Positions 20,238 through 30,101 of a stretch of DNA of 64,000 bases are shown piece after piece. The stretch is from an uncultured Gammaproteobacteria bacterium. Lineage in GTDB: Bacteria > Patescibacteriota > Microgenomatia > UBA1406 > HO2-37-13b. Location of the stretch: assembly GCA_964612595.1 (NCBI GenBank), contig CAZTFB010000001.1:3058-67057 (forward strand), in the 5' to 3' direction. Position 1 is the stretch's first letter. Every line of letters begins with the position of its first letter. The position numbers and the translations under genes were made by a program. A model generated the notes under the pieces. The model was not told the DNA's origin, did not search any database, and saw nothing but the letters and a program-made list of their open reading frames with translations.

Positions 20238-20717
20238 TTAAAATGGAATATCGTCTGGGTCAACTTTTTCATCACGCATTGGTTCTTCTGCATCAGCGAC
20301 AACTTCCGCTTCATGTTCGTGTGCTGGTGTTGCCATATCTGCTTCTTCGTGAGGTTCGCCCATATCTTCGGTTCCTTTGCGTCGGTCATCGAAGAGGACA
20401 AAATCGTCCATAACGATTTCTGTTATCTGTTTTTGTTGGCCATCTTTGCCCTCGAAACTTCTGTAAGTAATTCTGCCTTCGAGATAAAGTTTTCGTCCTT
20501 TGCTTAATAGATTTGCTGCTAATTCAGCGAGCTTCTGCCATGCGACGACTCTATGAAACTGTACATCTTCTTTTGTGTCGCCTGTTTTTGTGGTCCAGCT
20601 TCGGTTTGTTGCAACGCCGAAACTACAGACAGCTGTTCCCTGTGGGGTGTATTTCAGCTCTGGATCTCTGGTGAGATTGCCGATGAGTATTACTCTGTTG
20701 AGTGATCGTGATGCCAT
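20238..20717 (-). CDS. ssb: Single-stranded DNA-binding protein
   Basis: OB fold begins SLNRVILIGNLTRDPELKYTPQG. Acidic C-terminal tip DDIPF. Confidence 0.9.
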   Translation of the reverse strand: MASRSLNRVILIGNLTRDPELKYTPQGTAVCSFGVATNRSWTTKTGDTKEDVQFHRVVAWQKLAELAANLLSKGRKLYLEGRITYRSFEGKDGQQKQITEIVMDDFVLFDDRRKGTEDMGEPHEEADMATPAHEHEAEVVADAEEPMRDEKVDPDDIPF

Positions 20718-20721
20718 GGTA

Positions 20722-21006
20722 TTAGCTTTTCTTTTTCAAAAGGAGGTAACGAATAATGCCTTCTTCGAGGTTAAGCTTTGCCTTGAGTGCTTTGATTTCT
20801 GCACCCAAAAGACTGACGGTCCAGATATGATAAAAACCTTCAGAAAGGCCGTTCATTTTATAGGTAAAGTTTTTCTTTCCCCAGTCTTCTTTTGCGTCAA
20901 CAGTGCCTTTAAAAGTCTTAAAGATACCTTCTGCTGTTTCAAGCAATTTCTTGCTGCCGTCTTTTGAAATAAAAACAAACTCGTATGCATTCATAAGTTT
21001 TCCCAT
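20722..21006 (-). CDS. rpsF: Ribosomal protein S6
   Basis: YEFVFI... S6 pattern. The true start is probably ATG 20994 (MNAYEF), because the first ATG lies inside a TTGATT-16-TACAAT promoter. Confidence 0.85.
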   Translation of the reverse strand: MGKLMNAYEFVFISKDGSKKLLETAEGIFKTFKGTVDAKEDWGKKNFTYKMNGLSEGFYHIWTVSLLGAEIKALKAKLNLEEGIIRYLLLKKKS

Positions 21007-21212
21007 TGTATCAAACTAGCACGGAAAATCAAGTGTTTGATATAATTTGTATCGACTCATCAGTCGGAGTCGCCGCATCAAAAAGATACCGAGGTTAATG
21101 TGTCACCGGTTACGTGCAACGGTTGCGGAAATGAGGTCCAGGATTGGGGGGGGTCTTCGAAGGCTTGATCAGAATCGAACCAAGTAGGGTCCACAGCCAC
21201 TCCCAGCTACTT

Positions 21213-22619
21213 TTACTTTAGAACAGTTCCTTCGCTTGTGTCGAGGACAATATAACCCTCTTTTTCGATCTCGACACGCAAACGATCCGATTCTGCATAG
21301 TTTTTTTCTCTCCTCGCAGCGTTTCTTGCATCAACAAGCTTTTGTATATCTTCGGGAATTTCTTGCAAAATTTTTTCGATGCCCTTATCTATATCTAAAC
21401 CAAGCACTCTATCGAACTCAATAATCAGATCGTACTTATCTTCTGAAGGAATATTTGATTTTAGTACTTCCCAAAGGACCGCGACAGCTTGTGGTGTTTG
21501 AAGATCGTTCGCAAGCGCATCAAAGAATTTATTGCTGAACGCTGCTGTCGTTTCTGCTTTTTCAGTGGACATCTGACTTCTTTGTGTCTGGGATTTTGCT
21601 TGTTGTACAGCTTCTCTTAGGCGCTTTAGCGCGTTCTGTGAGGCCTGGAGCGCGTCCCACGTAAAATTCATTTCTTGTCTGTAATGAGTTTGAAGGAAAA
21701 GTAGTCGAAGTGCCGCCGGTTCAATACCCTTTTTTTCAATATCATCAATCGTTAATAAGTTACCAAGTGATTTGCTCATTTTTTGTCCCTCGATCATAAG
21801 GAATTCGCAGTGAAACCAGTGGCGTACAAATTGTTTTCCTGTTACTGCCTCCGACTGAGCAATCTCATTTTCATGATGAACAGGAATATGATCGATACCG
21901 CCTGTATGAATATCGATGGTCTCGCCAAGATACTTCATGCTCATCGCTGAACATTCAATATGCCAACCCGGAAATCCATCACCCCACGGTGAGTTCCAAT
22001 GCAGTGTGTGGTCTTTATAGCGGCCGACGCGTTTTAGCCATAGCGCAAAGTCGGCCGGATGTTTTTTATTGGGATCAATATGAACATCCTCTCGCATCTG
22101 TTGTTTATCCTCTAATTTTTGTCCAGATAACTGACCATACGTAGCAAATGTTGAGGTGTCAAAATACAATCCCTCCTCCGTTTCATACGTAAAACCCTTA
22201 TCCACCAATGTTTTATTAAGTGCGATCATATCGTTAATATGTTCCGTAGCTTTCGGAAACATATCAGGCAATGCAATATGTGTTTTTTTAAGTGATAGCA
22301 TAAAAAAATCTGTAAAGTACGAGACGACTTCATCAATAGTTTTTCCAAACTTTTTTGCTCCTTTATCCATCTTGTCCTCTCCCGTATCGTCTCCATCCTC
22401 ACCAACCAAATGTCCCACATCAGTAATGTTCATCACATGAGTAACGCTCAGTCCTTCCGCTTTCAGAGTTCTCTTCAATATGTCGGTATTTATATACGTA
22501 CGAAGGTGACCAATATGAGTAAAATCGTAGACTGTTGGTCCACAGGAATAAATAGAGAGCTTATCTGCAACAGGCTTTATCTCTTCAACCTGTCGAGACA
22601 GTGTGTTATATAGCTTCAT
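21213..22619 (-). CDS. cysS: Cysteinyl-tRNA synthetase
   Basis: MKLYNTLSR...CGPTVYDFTHIGH (HIGH) and KMSKSLGN (KMSKS). Start set at ATG 22619 rather than 22652. Confidence 0.92.
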   Translation of the reverse strand: MKLYNTLSRQVEEIKPVADKLSIYSCGPTVYDFTHIGHLRTYINTDILKRTLKAEGLSVTHVMNITDVGHLVGEDGDDTGEDKMDKGAKKFGKTIDEVVSYFTDFFMLSLKKTHIALPDMFPKATEHINDMIALNKTLVDKGFTYETEEGLYFDTSTFATYGQLSGQKLEDKQQMREDVHIDPNKKHPADFALWLKRVGRYKDHTLHWNSPWGDGFPGWHIECSAMSMKYLGETIDIHTGGIDHIPVHHENEIAQSEAVTGKQFVRHWFHCEFLMIEGQKMSKSLGNLLTIDDIEKKGIEPAALRLLFLQTHYRQEMNFTWDALQASQNALKRLREAVQQAKSQTQRSQMSTEKAETTAAFSNKFFDALANDLQTPQAVAVLWEVLKSNIPSEDKYDLIIEFDRVLGLDIDKGIEKILQEIPEDIQKLVDARNAARREKNYAESDRLRVEIEKEGYIVLDTSEGTVLK

Positions 22620-23307
22620 GTTGAGTAAGTTTTTTCTGTTGACGTAAGGCAATTTCTAGAACTATGCGGAAATATGGGACGAACAATGCAAAAATAAATA
22701 TCACTAAACCGATTGAAGGCATAGTTTTCATGCCCCCCTGTATCCATTTTAGCCAGTATGGAAGACCTTTTAGTCCAAAATGAATGATGGTAAATATATA
22801 CGCTATATAGCCTATTCTCAAAAGTCTCCTCCAACGTTGTCCGCCGATTTCGTGCACAGCATAATTATTCGAAATACTTGTCATAAAAGCGAAATACAAA
22901 AATGCCATCAGCGCAAATACGAACGATATGATATTTTTTTCATCTAGGTAATAGTCTGGAAAGGGAAATTCCTGGCGCATAACAACGAGCGAAAAAAATA
23001 CGTGAATAGTAGCTATGACAAATCCGGATACACCAACATGTTTTCTGAACATGATGTAGTGATCAAACGCATTCCAGAAATAACAGATCGCACTAAGCAA
23101 CATCGACAGTCCTATAAGGACGACTGCTGTCCACGCGGTGCCGATGTTAATAAGTTCAGAACCTGTAACGTGACGCTGACTAAAAAGCCCGAGTGTAATA
23201 AGTAGGTAAAGAATCGTACTGAATCCTATGGTTTTAAGCCATAATGATAATGACGGATTTTCGGGTATGTGTCGTTTGCCAGACTCGAATGTATCAGTGA
23301 ATGCCAT
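22606..23307 (-). CDS. Polytopic membrane protein (ferric-reductase/MsrQ-like fold suspected)
   Basis: 233 aa with ~6 hydrophobic helices and conserved-looking His residues in the helices. Assignment is weak. Confidence 0.4.
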   Translation of the reverse strand: MAFTDTFESGKRHIPENPSLSLWLKTIGFSTILYLLITLGLFSQRHVTGSELINIGTAWTAVVLIGLSMLLSAICYFWNAFDHYIMFRKHVGVSGFVIATIHVFFSLVVMRQEFPFPDYYLDEKNIISFVFALMAFLYFAFMTSISNNYAVHEIGGQRWRRLLRIGYIAYIFTIIHFGLKGLPYWLKWIQGGMKTMPSIGLVIFIFALFVPYFRIVLEIALRQQKKLTQHEAI

Positions 23308-23331
23308 ATACTAATATTGTAGCACGTTTAT

Positions 23332-24159
23332 TTATAGGCCGTGAACTGAAAGATGAAAGTTTCCTGTACGAAGTCGTGGAAGTATATATCGGTCTGAGAG
23401 ACAGTGTTTTGTTCCTTTTCTATCGGTAAAAGCAGCATCGAACTTTTGCTCTGCGAGAATATTAATGACTGTCTCCCCTGTTCTTCCGTAAGGGTATATG
23501 AATATTTTTCTGGAACCAGGAATGCGTTTTTCTAGCTGTTCTTGGGCAACAGTCACTTGCTTGAAGATGGTATCTGTGTTTGTACCATGAAGTGATTGGT
23601 GTGACCAGGAGTGGTTGTAGAAATGTATAAATCCTGAGTCGTGCATAATTTTAATTTGTCCCCATGATAGTTGATTATAGCTACTAGCAAACCCGGTAAC
23701 CATGCCTATGTTTATTGGCACATCGTTTCGCTTAGCGATGGGATACGCGTAAGAGTAGTTATTAACATAGCCGTCATCGAGGATAATTGCAGCAACTTTT
23801 CCAGGGTCAGTTCGTGATAGCAGGCTGTCAACGATTTTTTCGAGTGAAACGAGTGTATAGCCTTTTGCTTTTAAGTAGTGGATATGGGATTCAAAGTTTC
23901 CAGGAGCAACGGTCAGATTTCGTTGGTTATCATCCTCGGCGTTGTCGAAGGGTTGGATATGATGGTAAAAAAGAACGGGAGCGTCGATACAGAAGTCTGG
24001 AATGGGTGTTGGTGTATAAGTTGGCTTCTGTATTGAGTCAGCAAGTTTGTTGGTGATCACAGGGCTGATAACTCTGTGGGCGCGCTGAACCACGCGCAGT
24101 GCGACTACCCCACCAAGTATAAAACCGATCAGGCCAATGATGAATAGATTTTTGTTCAC
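23332..24159 (-). CDS. Polysaccharide deacetylase (NodB-homology) with N-terminal anchor
   Basis: ILDDGY...YNHSWSH motifs and an N-terminal TM segment. Confidence 0.8.
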   Translation of the reverse strand: MNKNLFIIGLIGFILGGVVALRVVQRAHRVISPVITNKLADSIQKPTYTPTPIPDFCIDAPVLFYHHIQPFDNAEDDNQRNLTVAPGNFESHIHYLKAKGYTLVSLEKIVDSLLSRTDPGKVAAIILDDGYVNNYSYAYPIAKRNDVPINIGMVTGFASSYNQLSWGQIKIMHDSGFIHFYNHSWSHQSLHGTNTDTIFKQVTVAQEQLEKRIPGSRKIFIYPYGRTGETVINILAEQKFDAAFTDRKGTKHCLSDRYILPRLRTGNFHLSVHGL

Positions 24160-24706
24160 TAACTATATTATAGCTATGATGAGAAGATTTATCGGCAGTC
24201 ATTGACTACTTTCGAACTTTTCTTCGATTTTATCAAAAAACTGGTACAGCTCCCACAACTAGAAGAAGATATGCGTGATTATGCCTTATTGATTCAAAAT
24301 CAGGATGGAAGCAGGATGTTCTTTGTATTGTGATGTAATAATGTCAGACCAGAGTAAACCTACTAGCGACAAGCCTTGTATAGTTCAATTCGTAGCTATG
24401 CTGATGAAGTTATCCAACGATTAGTCGAACCATTCAAAAGCAAGAATGGAAATGTGGCTCTGAGAGCGTGTAAAACATTACTCAATATGACACTCCCAGA
24501 TGTGAAAAGTGTGGAAGTCACTCAAAGCTACTAAAACCGTCCCTGAGACTACCTTCTCGAATATGACTGCGGAGCAGAAAAAAGCCTATGCCCACGAGTT
24601 GATAGAAATTGGTGAAACATAACTCGGTATAGGTCGCTACTCCCCAAGAGACATAAAAAATGGTATAATGCAACGAGTTACAAATTAGATAAAAAGGAGA
24701 TACCTT

Positions 24707-24910
24707 ATGTCTGAACAACCACCAGTTGACCACAGGGTACTAGAAGTAACAAGTGGTGAAATTATTTCCATTCCAGCGTTAGCAAACAAGTCACCATTTC
24801 AATGTTTAGCTGATATGGCAGAGCCTTATATGGCTACTGCTAGAAGATACAAAATTCCTCAACTTACTTTTTCTGTTGGACAATATGAAGTAACAGTAAG
24901 AAACAAGTAG
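24707..24910 (+). CDS. Hypothetical 67-aa protein (island-borne)
   Basis: RBS AAAGGAGA 7 nt upstream, TGGTATAAT-type -10 at ~24661, and a clean terminator downstream. Confidence 0.5.
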   Translation: MSEQPPVDHRVLEVTSGEIISIPALANKSPFQCLADMAEPYMATARRYKIPQLTFSVGQYEVTVRNK

Positions 24911-24931
24911 TTTCCGTTTTTTCATTGATAA

Positions 24932-24958
24932 GAGCCGACTAACCCTCGGCTTTTTTTG
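24932..24958 (+). terminator. Rho-independent terminator
   Basis: agccga-ctaaccc-tcggct followed by T7. Confidence 0.7.
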
Positions 24959-25091
24959 TTTCATTGAAGCGGGTATAATGCTACGTATAGATACTTTTTG
25001 AGATACTCGTATGTCGTAAGACTATAAACAACAAGTCTTTGAGATTGCCAAGTCAATCATTTACTTCAAGTTGGAATAAGATGGTAAGCTT

Positions 25092-26801
25092 GTGCCTGAT
25101 GGTAAACCACCTGTGTACGTGATTTATGATTGTAAATCGACTAGAGGCAAGAAGAAAGATGACAAGGGCAAAGATTTAGAGCGACAGGAAGGCTTAATCC
25201 CCGATTAGATAAAGGATTGCCAGAAGTACGCAAAAGAACTGGGTATTGTTCCCGCTCAGATCTTCAAAGAAGAAAAGTCAGCCCGCAAGTTAGCCAATCG
25301 TTAAGTGTTTGAAGAAATGATGGATGGCATTCGAGCCAATAAGTACACGAGTATTATCTGTTGGCATCTTGACCGCTTAGGTCGAAACATGTAGGGTGCA
25401 GGTGAAATCATAGATCTATTCGACCGAGCCATCATCAAAGATCACAAGTTCCCACAGTTTTCATTCCAAAATGATCCAAATGGATTACTCACGCTCGGAC
25501 TACAGTTTTTACTCGCCAAAGCCTACAGTGATAGCTTGTCACGCAATGTCACATGGGTCAATGTCAACATTATCTCCGAGGGTAAAGCTATCGGCGATAA
25601 AGCACTTCGAGGTTATAAAGTAGAAAACAAGAGAATTCGCCCCGATGGTCGAAACTACGACCTCATCAAACAAGCCTTCCAGATGGCAGTAGAAGGGGTG
25701 ACGCAAGAAGATATTGCCAACTGGCTGAATACAGAGGGATATAAACAGAGGGGTAAAATCGTAGCCATGAACAAGCAGAAAGTCTTCGAAATGTTGTCAG
25801 ACCCCTCGTACACGGGTTGTTACATCTACTGCAAAACAATGGTGGATTTGATCAAACAAGACGCTCTGTTCCAGCCAATGATCACCGACTTAGAGTTTTT
25901 GAGACTTCGCAATGTGGTAGATCGTAAGTGTAGTTACATCAAAAAAGGCATGACTAACCAGATGTTCAGCAAAATGGTGTTTTGCTGGTACTGTGGCAAC
26001 CTGATGACACTAGCTATATCACAAAGTAGTGGCAAGTCAAAAACACGTTATCTGCGTATCAGATGCTCCAAAGCAACCCGTGAATCTACCAAAGTCAAAG
26101 GACTCCGAGAAACACGAGGGTACGTCATTTTTGACTTTACTTACGAAGTATTGAATGGCGGAGTCGGTATAGGTAAACTTTGTTTGATCAATACATCAAA
26201 CAGACAAGTGAGTATCTCAAGGTCAAGAGCGATGACTTGGCCAAACAACAACGTCAGATCAAACGTCAAATGACCGAGGTTGAACAGAGTATTAGTGAAC
26301 AATCTCTGATTCTGGCAAAATCAGAAGGTAAAACCATTACTGAAACTAAAAACGAATAGAAACCTTCGAAATCAGTATGACAGCCTCGAAGTCAAGTATG
26401 CTGAAACCAAGTCACAACGGATCGACATTGACTCATTATCCAAAGAGCACGAGATGAGCTACGAGGAGTTTTTGAACTTCTTCAACAACATTGAACTGAC
26501 GCTGAAAAATGATAGAAACCACTATTTAGTTAACAAGGTGATCAGAATGTTCTTTTTGAACTTTATTTACGAGGACAGAAAAATACTGACACATCAATGG
26601 AATCCTGACTTCGAAAGACTCCTAAAACTGCATTCTATCATGCTAAGTCGAGATAAGGCGATAAAGATCGAACTACTAAAACCAGTGTACGAGTCAGTTA
26701 TCTCTAACTGGGATTATAGCTCATATGACAAAAATCTGCTCTATTTATCGCTACAAAACCAAGCTCAAATAAAGTATAATCAGGTTAGGTATGAATACTA
26801 A
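25092..26801 (+). pseudogene. Large serine recombinase, degraded
   Basis: Frame 0 reads ...VYVIYDCKST...LIPD*IKDC...ANR*VFEE...CWHLDRLGRNM*GAGEIID..., with in-frame TAG 25206, TAA 25302 and TAG 25392. It is collinear with the recombinase at 28484. There is at least one frameshift near 26170-26280 and further stops before the C-terminal segment (ORF 26454-26801). Confidence 0.8.
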
Positions 26802-27132
26802 TGGGAAGATGCAAATCTTCTATGGAGTAGACAATCCAGCTAGTATCAAGAAGCCTAACCAAGCTGGCAACATACCATCAAACACTACAAGTGCGCCAGA
26901 TGTCGCACATTCCCCTCAACAGAGACCTCCTCAACCTTCAAATCAACCAACAATCACTCAGCTTGTACAGACAATGAAACATGTCAAAACAGACACGCCA
27001 GAGGCAAAGCTCAACAAAGATAGCATGGTCGACAATCACGGCAATCGAATAACCTTTAATGACGAGGCAGTACGCTCTCAAACATTCAAAGGCGTGGAAG
27101 ATCCGAGCAGGCTTCCTATTAAGAAGAAGTGA
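26791..27132 (+). CDS. Hypothetical 113-aa Pro/Gln-rich protein
   Basis: Intact ORF starting at the end of the degraded recombinase. No family recognised. Confidence 0.4.
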   Translation: MNTNGKMQIFYGVDNPASIKKPNQAGNIPSNTTSAPDVAHSPQQRPPQPSNQPTITQLVQTMKHVKTDTPEAKLNKDSMVDNHGNRITFNDEAVRSQTFKGVEDPSRLPIKKK

Positions 27133-27147
27133 TGCGAACTATGTACT

Positions 27148-27672
27148 ATGACAACACAGGCACAAATATTAGCAAATAGGATAAACGCACAAAGTGCAGG
27201 AGTCAAAACTGATGCAGGTAAAGATATTTCAAAGTATAACACTATTCGTCACGGTGTACTTCAAAAGACTTTAATTGCCACAGAAAAAGATGAGGCTCAA
27301 ACCATGCTCTCACTTCTTTTAGCAGAGTATGAGCCACATGGAGTCACTGAGGACTTACTCATTGAGTCTATGGTACTTGCCTATATGCGTATGCAACGAG
27401 CTATACAAGCTGAAAAAGCCTTTTTAACACAGGGTATGATTATGCCGGTAATCCGCTATGCTTCAGAGGAAACCGACAAAACCGACAGTGTTATTCAGGT
27501 TGGTAACTCGGAGTACTCAATACTGGACAAAACTTACATGCGATACATCACAGCTTGTGAGAGGCAGTTCTATAGAGCTTTGCATGAACTTCAACGAGTA
27601 CAATCCTTGCGCAAAGGAAGTAAACCAACATCTATAGCAGTTGATGTGTTTCGAGATTTAGCAGATCAATAA
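27148..27672 (+). CDS. Hypothetical 174-aa protein
   Basis: Intact ORF 15 nt after the previous one. Predicted helical. No family recognised. Confidence 0.45.
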   Translation: MTTQAQILANRINAQSAGVKTDAGKDISKYNTIRHGVLQKTLIATEKDEAQTMLSLLLAEYEPHGVTEDLLIESMVLAYMRMQRAIQAEKAFLTQGMIMPVIRYASEETDKTDSVIQVGNSEYSILDKTYMRYITACERQFYRALHELQRVQSLRKGSKPTSIAVDVFRDLADQ

Positions 27673-27707
27673 TTGGATTTGTTTGGTAAAATAAGGATAA
27701 TAATACT

Positions 27708-28385
27708 ATGGATAATTTTGACATGCCAAGACCACGATTAGGATCTGAAAGGCCTGCTCGTACGCAAACAGAAGTGCTTTATGAGAGACAGAGCTGGAAG
27801 TTGGAGGGTGAAAAAATGTCGGAGTTTGCTAGGCTGATTAGTGATATTTCTGCACTATCACCTCGTAGATTAACTGAAGCTGATATGGATATTGTTCAAG
27901 GTCAAAGCTTTCGAGGAACTTCTTTATTCTTAACACTACTCTCGTTATATGCATCAGGGAATATCCAAAGCATAAATGATTTTAGTGTTTATAATCCTGA
28001 AAATAGAGGTATACAGATAAAGGCCTTCTTGGCGTCACCAAATAAATATGTAGCAGGTGGTTATGCTAATAAGTATTTGGAACAGGATAACACAAGTTTG
28101 GTGCGAGCTTTTGTAGATATTGAGGGTAAGATTTTTGACAGATTACTAGCAGATAACGCATTAGACCATATAGATTTTCCACCAGCATTATTACAGCCAG
28201 TGTTATTAGGTTTCAATAACTCACCATGGAGAAATGAGTATGAGCATAAAGCTTATGAAGGTGTCTTGTATGGCGCAAAACCTAATAGAAGCACTATGCA
28301 ATCTTTGGGAAATATAACAGGTATATCTGAGGATGATCTTGCAAATAAATATCCAATATTGGCACAACAGTTTGAAAAAGAATAA
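27708..28385 (+). CDS. Hypothetical 225-aa protein
   Basis: Intact ORF followed by a terminator. No family recognised. Confidence 0.45.
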   Translation: MDNFDMPRPRLGSERPARTQTEVLYERQSWKLEGEKMSEFARLISDISALSPRRLTEADMDIVQGQSFRGTSLFLTLLSLYASGNIQSINDFSVYNPENRGIQIKAFLASPNKYVAGGYANKYLEQDNTSLVRAFVDIEGKIFDRLLADNALDHIDFPPALLQPVLLGFNNSPWRNEYEHKAYEGVLYGAKPNRSTMQSLGNITGISEDDLANKYPILAQQFEKE

Positions 28386-28431
28386 ATAAATGGTTGATAC
28401 AACCAGCCAGAAATAAATAAAATACAATAAA

Positions 28432-28466
28432 CCGTTCTTTTGGTTGTATCAAAAGGGCGGTTTTTT
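28432..28466 (+). terminator. Rho-independent terminator
   Basis: ccgttcttttg...caaaagggcgg stem (two G-U pairs) followed by T6. Confidence 0.6.
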
Positions 28467-28483
28467 ATTGGGTCAATAAATAT

Positions 28484-30063
28484 ATGTACGACGATGTCAT
28501 TAATTATTCAAAACTCAGGTATGTGCTTTACGCTCGTAAATCCACGGAAGACGAAACACGACAAGTAAAATCTAAAGAGGATCAAATCGCAGAGTGTAAA
28601 ACTTTTGCAGAACGCATACCACTTCGTATCGTTGACATTCTTGAAGAGTCAAAATCTGCCAAGCGTCCAAATAACCGTCCAGTTTTTACTCAAATCTTCA
28701 AAGATATTCGTACAGGTAAATATGATGGGATACTAGCCTGGCATCCAGACCGTTTAGCACGCAATATGCTTGAAGGGGGTCAGATTATAGATATGATTGA
28801 CGAAGGGATCATTAAAGACCTCAAGTTCGTTACTCACCACTTCACCAAAGATGCTAACGGAAAAATGTTACTCGGAATGGCGTTTGTGTTATCCAAACAA
28901 TACAGCGACAAACTATCACAAGATGTTACTAGAGGAGTTAAAAGTGATTTTGCAGAAGGTAAATCACCAGCACCAAAGTATGGTTATTTTCGTGACGAGA
29001 GCGGATTAAATCGTCCAGATGGTCGAAATCATGAGTTGATATGCGGTGCATGGAGTATGCGTGTAAAAGGTGACTCCATTCGATTAATAGATACTTAAAC
29101 GATCAGGGATTTTATCGTGAGATAAAATCGACTAACCGAAAAACTTTTATGACCAAACAAAAACTCAGCGATATGTTTAAAGATAGTTTTTATTATGGAT
29201 TGATGCAACAAGCTCAACAAACTACGGATTTACGCCTCATTTATGATTTTGTACCAGCAACTACTGAGGAGGACTTTATCACCATCCAGCAAATGTCATA
29301 TCGTAGGATCAAACCATCAAGCCCACATAGAGATAACTATTATCCGTTTAGATTGATGATTTTATGCTACTACTGTAATGAGTCTATGCGTGTTGCACCT
29401 TCCACAAGTGGAACAGGCAAGAAAAGATACTTGTATGCCAGATGCGACAACAAAAGTTGTGCACGCCTTAAAAAATCCATCAGAGTCAAAGTTATTCTTG
29501 ATTTCGTTACAGAGCTGTTAAAGGACGGCTTAAACTTTAAAGAAAAAGAATATCAACAATACCTAGATGGCATGAAATACCTCTCAGATGACCGTAAAAT
29601 CAGTCTACGAGGCGAGTTAAATACCAAACGAGGATTACTTAAACGCAAAGAACGAGAGGTATCAGAGTCCAGCGTAGCCATTCTCAAACTTAATCCCAAA
29701 AGTGTTATTTACCAACAGAACGAAAAACATATTGCTGAACTAGACAATGACTGTAAAGTTCTAACTAAGGATATAGCTACACTTGAGGAACAACTAAAGA
29801 AGTCCGAGACTGAACCTATGACTCTTGAAGAGTTTGCGAACTTATCAAAAAATGCCGCCACCATAGTCCAATCTGCTGATGCAATAGGTAAAGATATGAT
29901 TTGCCGTCATATCTTTGCGAACTGGACAGTTGATGAAGAGAAAGTGGCGTCTTATCAACTAAAAGAGCCGTTTGCCACCCTCTTAAAACAGAGGCAATTC
30001 CTATTTGGTCGGGGTAGGCGGACTCGAACCGCCGACCTCGTCGTCCCGAACGACGCGCGCTAG
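28484..30063 (+). pseudogene. Large serine recombinase split by one frameshift (~29070-29080)
   Basis: The N-terminal resolvase domain (YARKSTEDE...WHPDRLARN) ends at 29098. The shifted frame continues SINRYLNDQGFYREIKS...MTKQKLSDMF..., collinear with the degraded copy. Zn-ribbon CYYC...C..KSC and a coiled coil follow. The last ~19 codons are the antisense of tRNA-Pro. Confidence 0.75.
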
Positions 30064-30082
30064 CCATCTGCGCTATACCCCG
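30006..30082 (-). tRNA. tRNA-Pro (anticodon CGG), CCA encoded
   Basis: CGGGGTA/TACCCCG acceptor, GCGC D-stem, CGTCG-TTCGGGA-CGACG anticodon arm, GGCGG-TTCGAGT-CCGCC T-arm, and ACCA 3' end. Confidence 0.93.
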
Positions 30083-30101
30083 TGTGAAAAACAAGTATAT
30101 C

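Larger units (their letters stand above)
24170..30005. mobile_element. Decaying integrative island abutting tRNA-Pro, probably two tandem mini-elements
   Basis: Two large serine recombinase genes: one heavily degraded and one with a single frameshift. Frame-broken coding remnants at 24200-24650. Four short orphan ORFs. The right end fuses with the tRNA-Pro 3' end. Confidence 0.65.

Noticed and set aside
21050-21212. The block considered as a tRNA, tmRNA 3' domain, or 4.5S/SRP RNA.
   Set aside because: The T-loop-like GGTTCGATT lacks a complementary 5-bp stem. There is no acceptor stem and no GNRA-capped helix-8-like motif. It is too short for tmRNA. It is kept only as an unassigned candidate in the findings.
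21195-21218. cccagctacttttactttagaac, which resembles the 16S element TIR (15/24 positions).
   Set aside because: There is no inverted partner, it overlaps the cysS stop codon, and the identity is low after the first 7 nt.
24200-26801. In-frame TAG/TAA/TGA codons in island genes, considered as evidence for stop-codon reassignment (a phage-style alternative code).
   Set aside because: All three stop codons occur in-frame, and frameshifts accompany them. The aligned residues in the intact paralog differ (Q, P, L). Housekeeping genes in the window terminate with TAA and TGA. Ordinary pseudogene decay explains it better.
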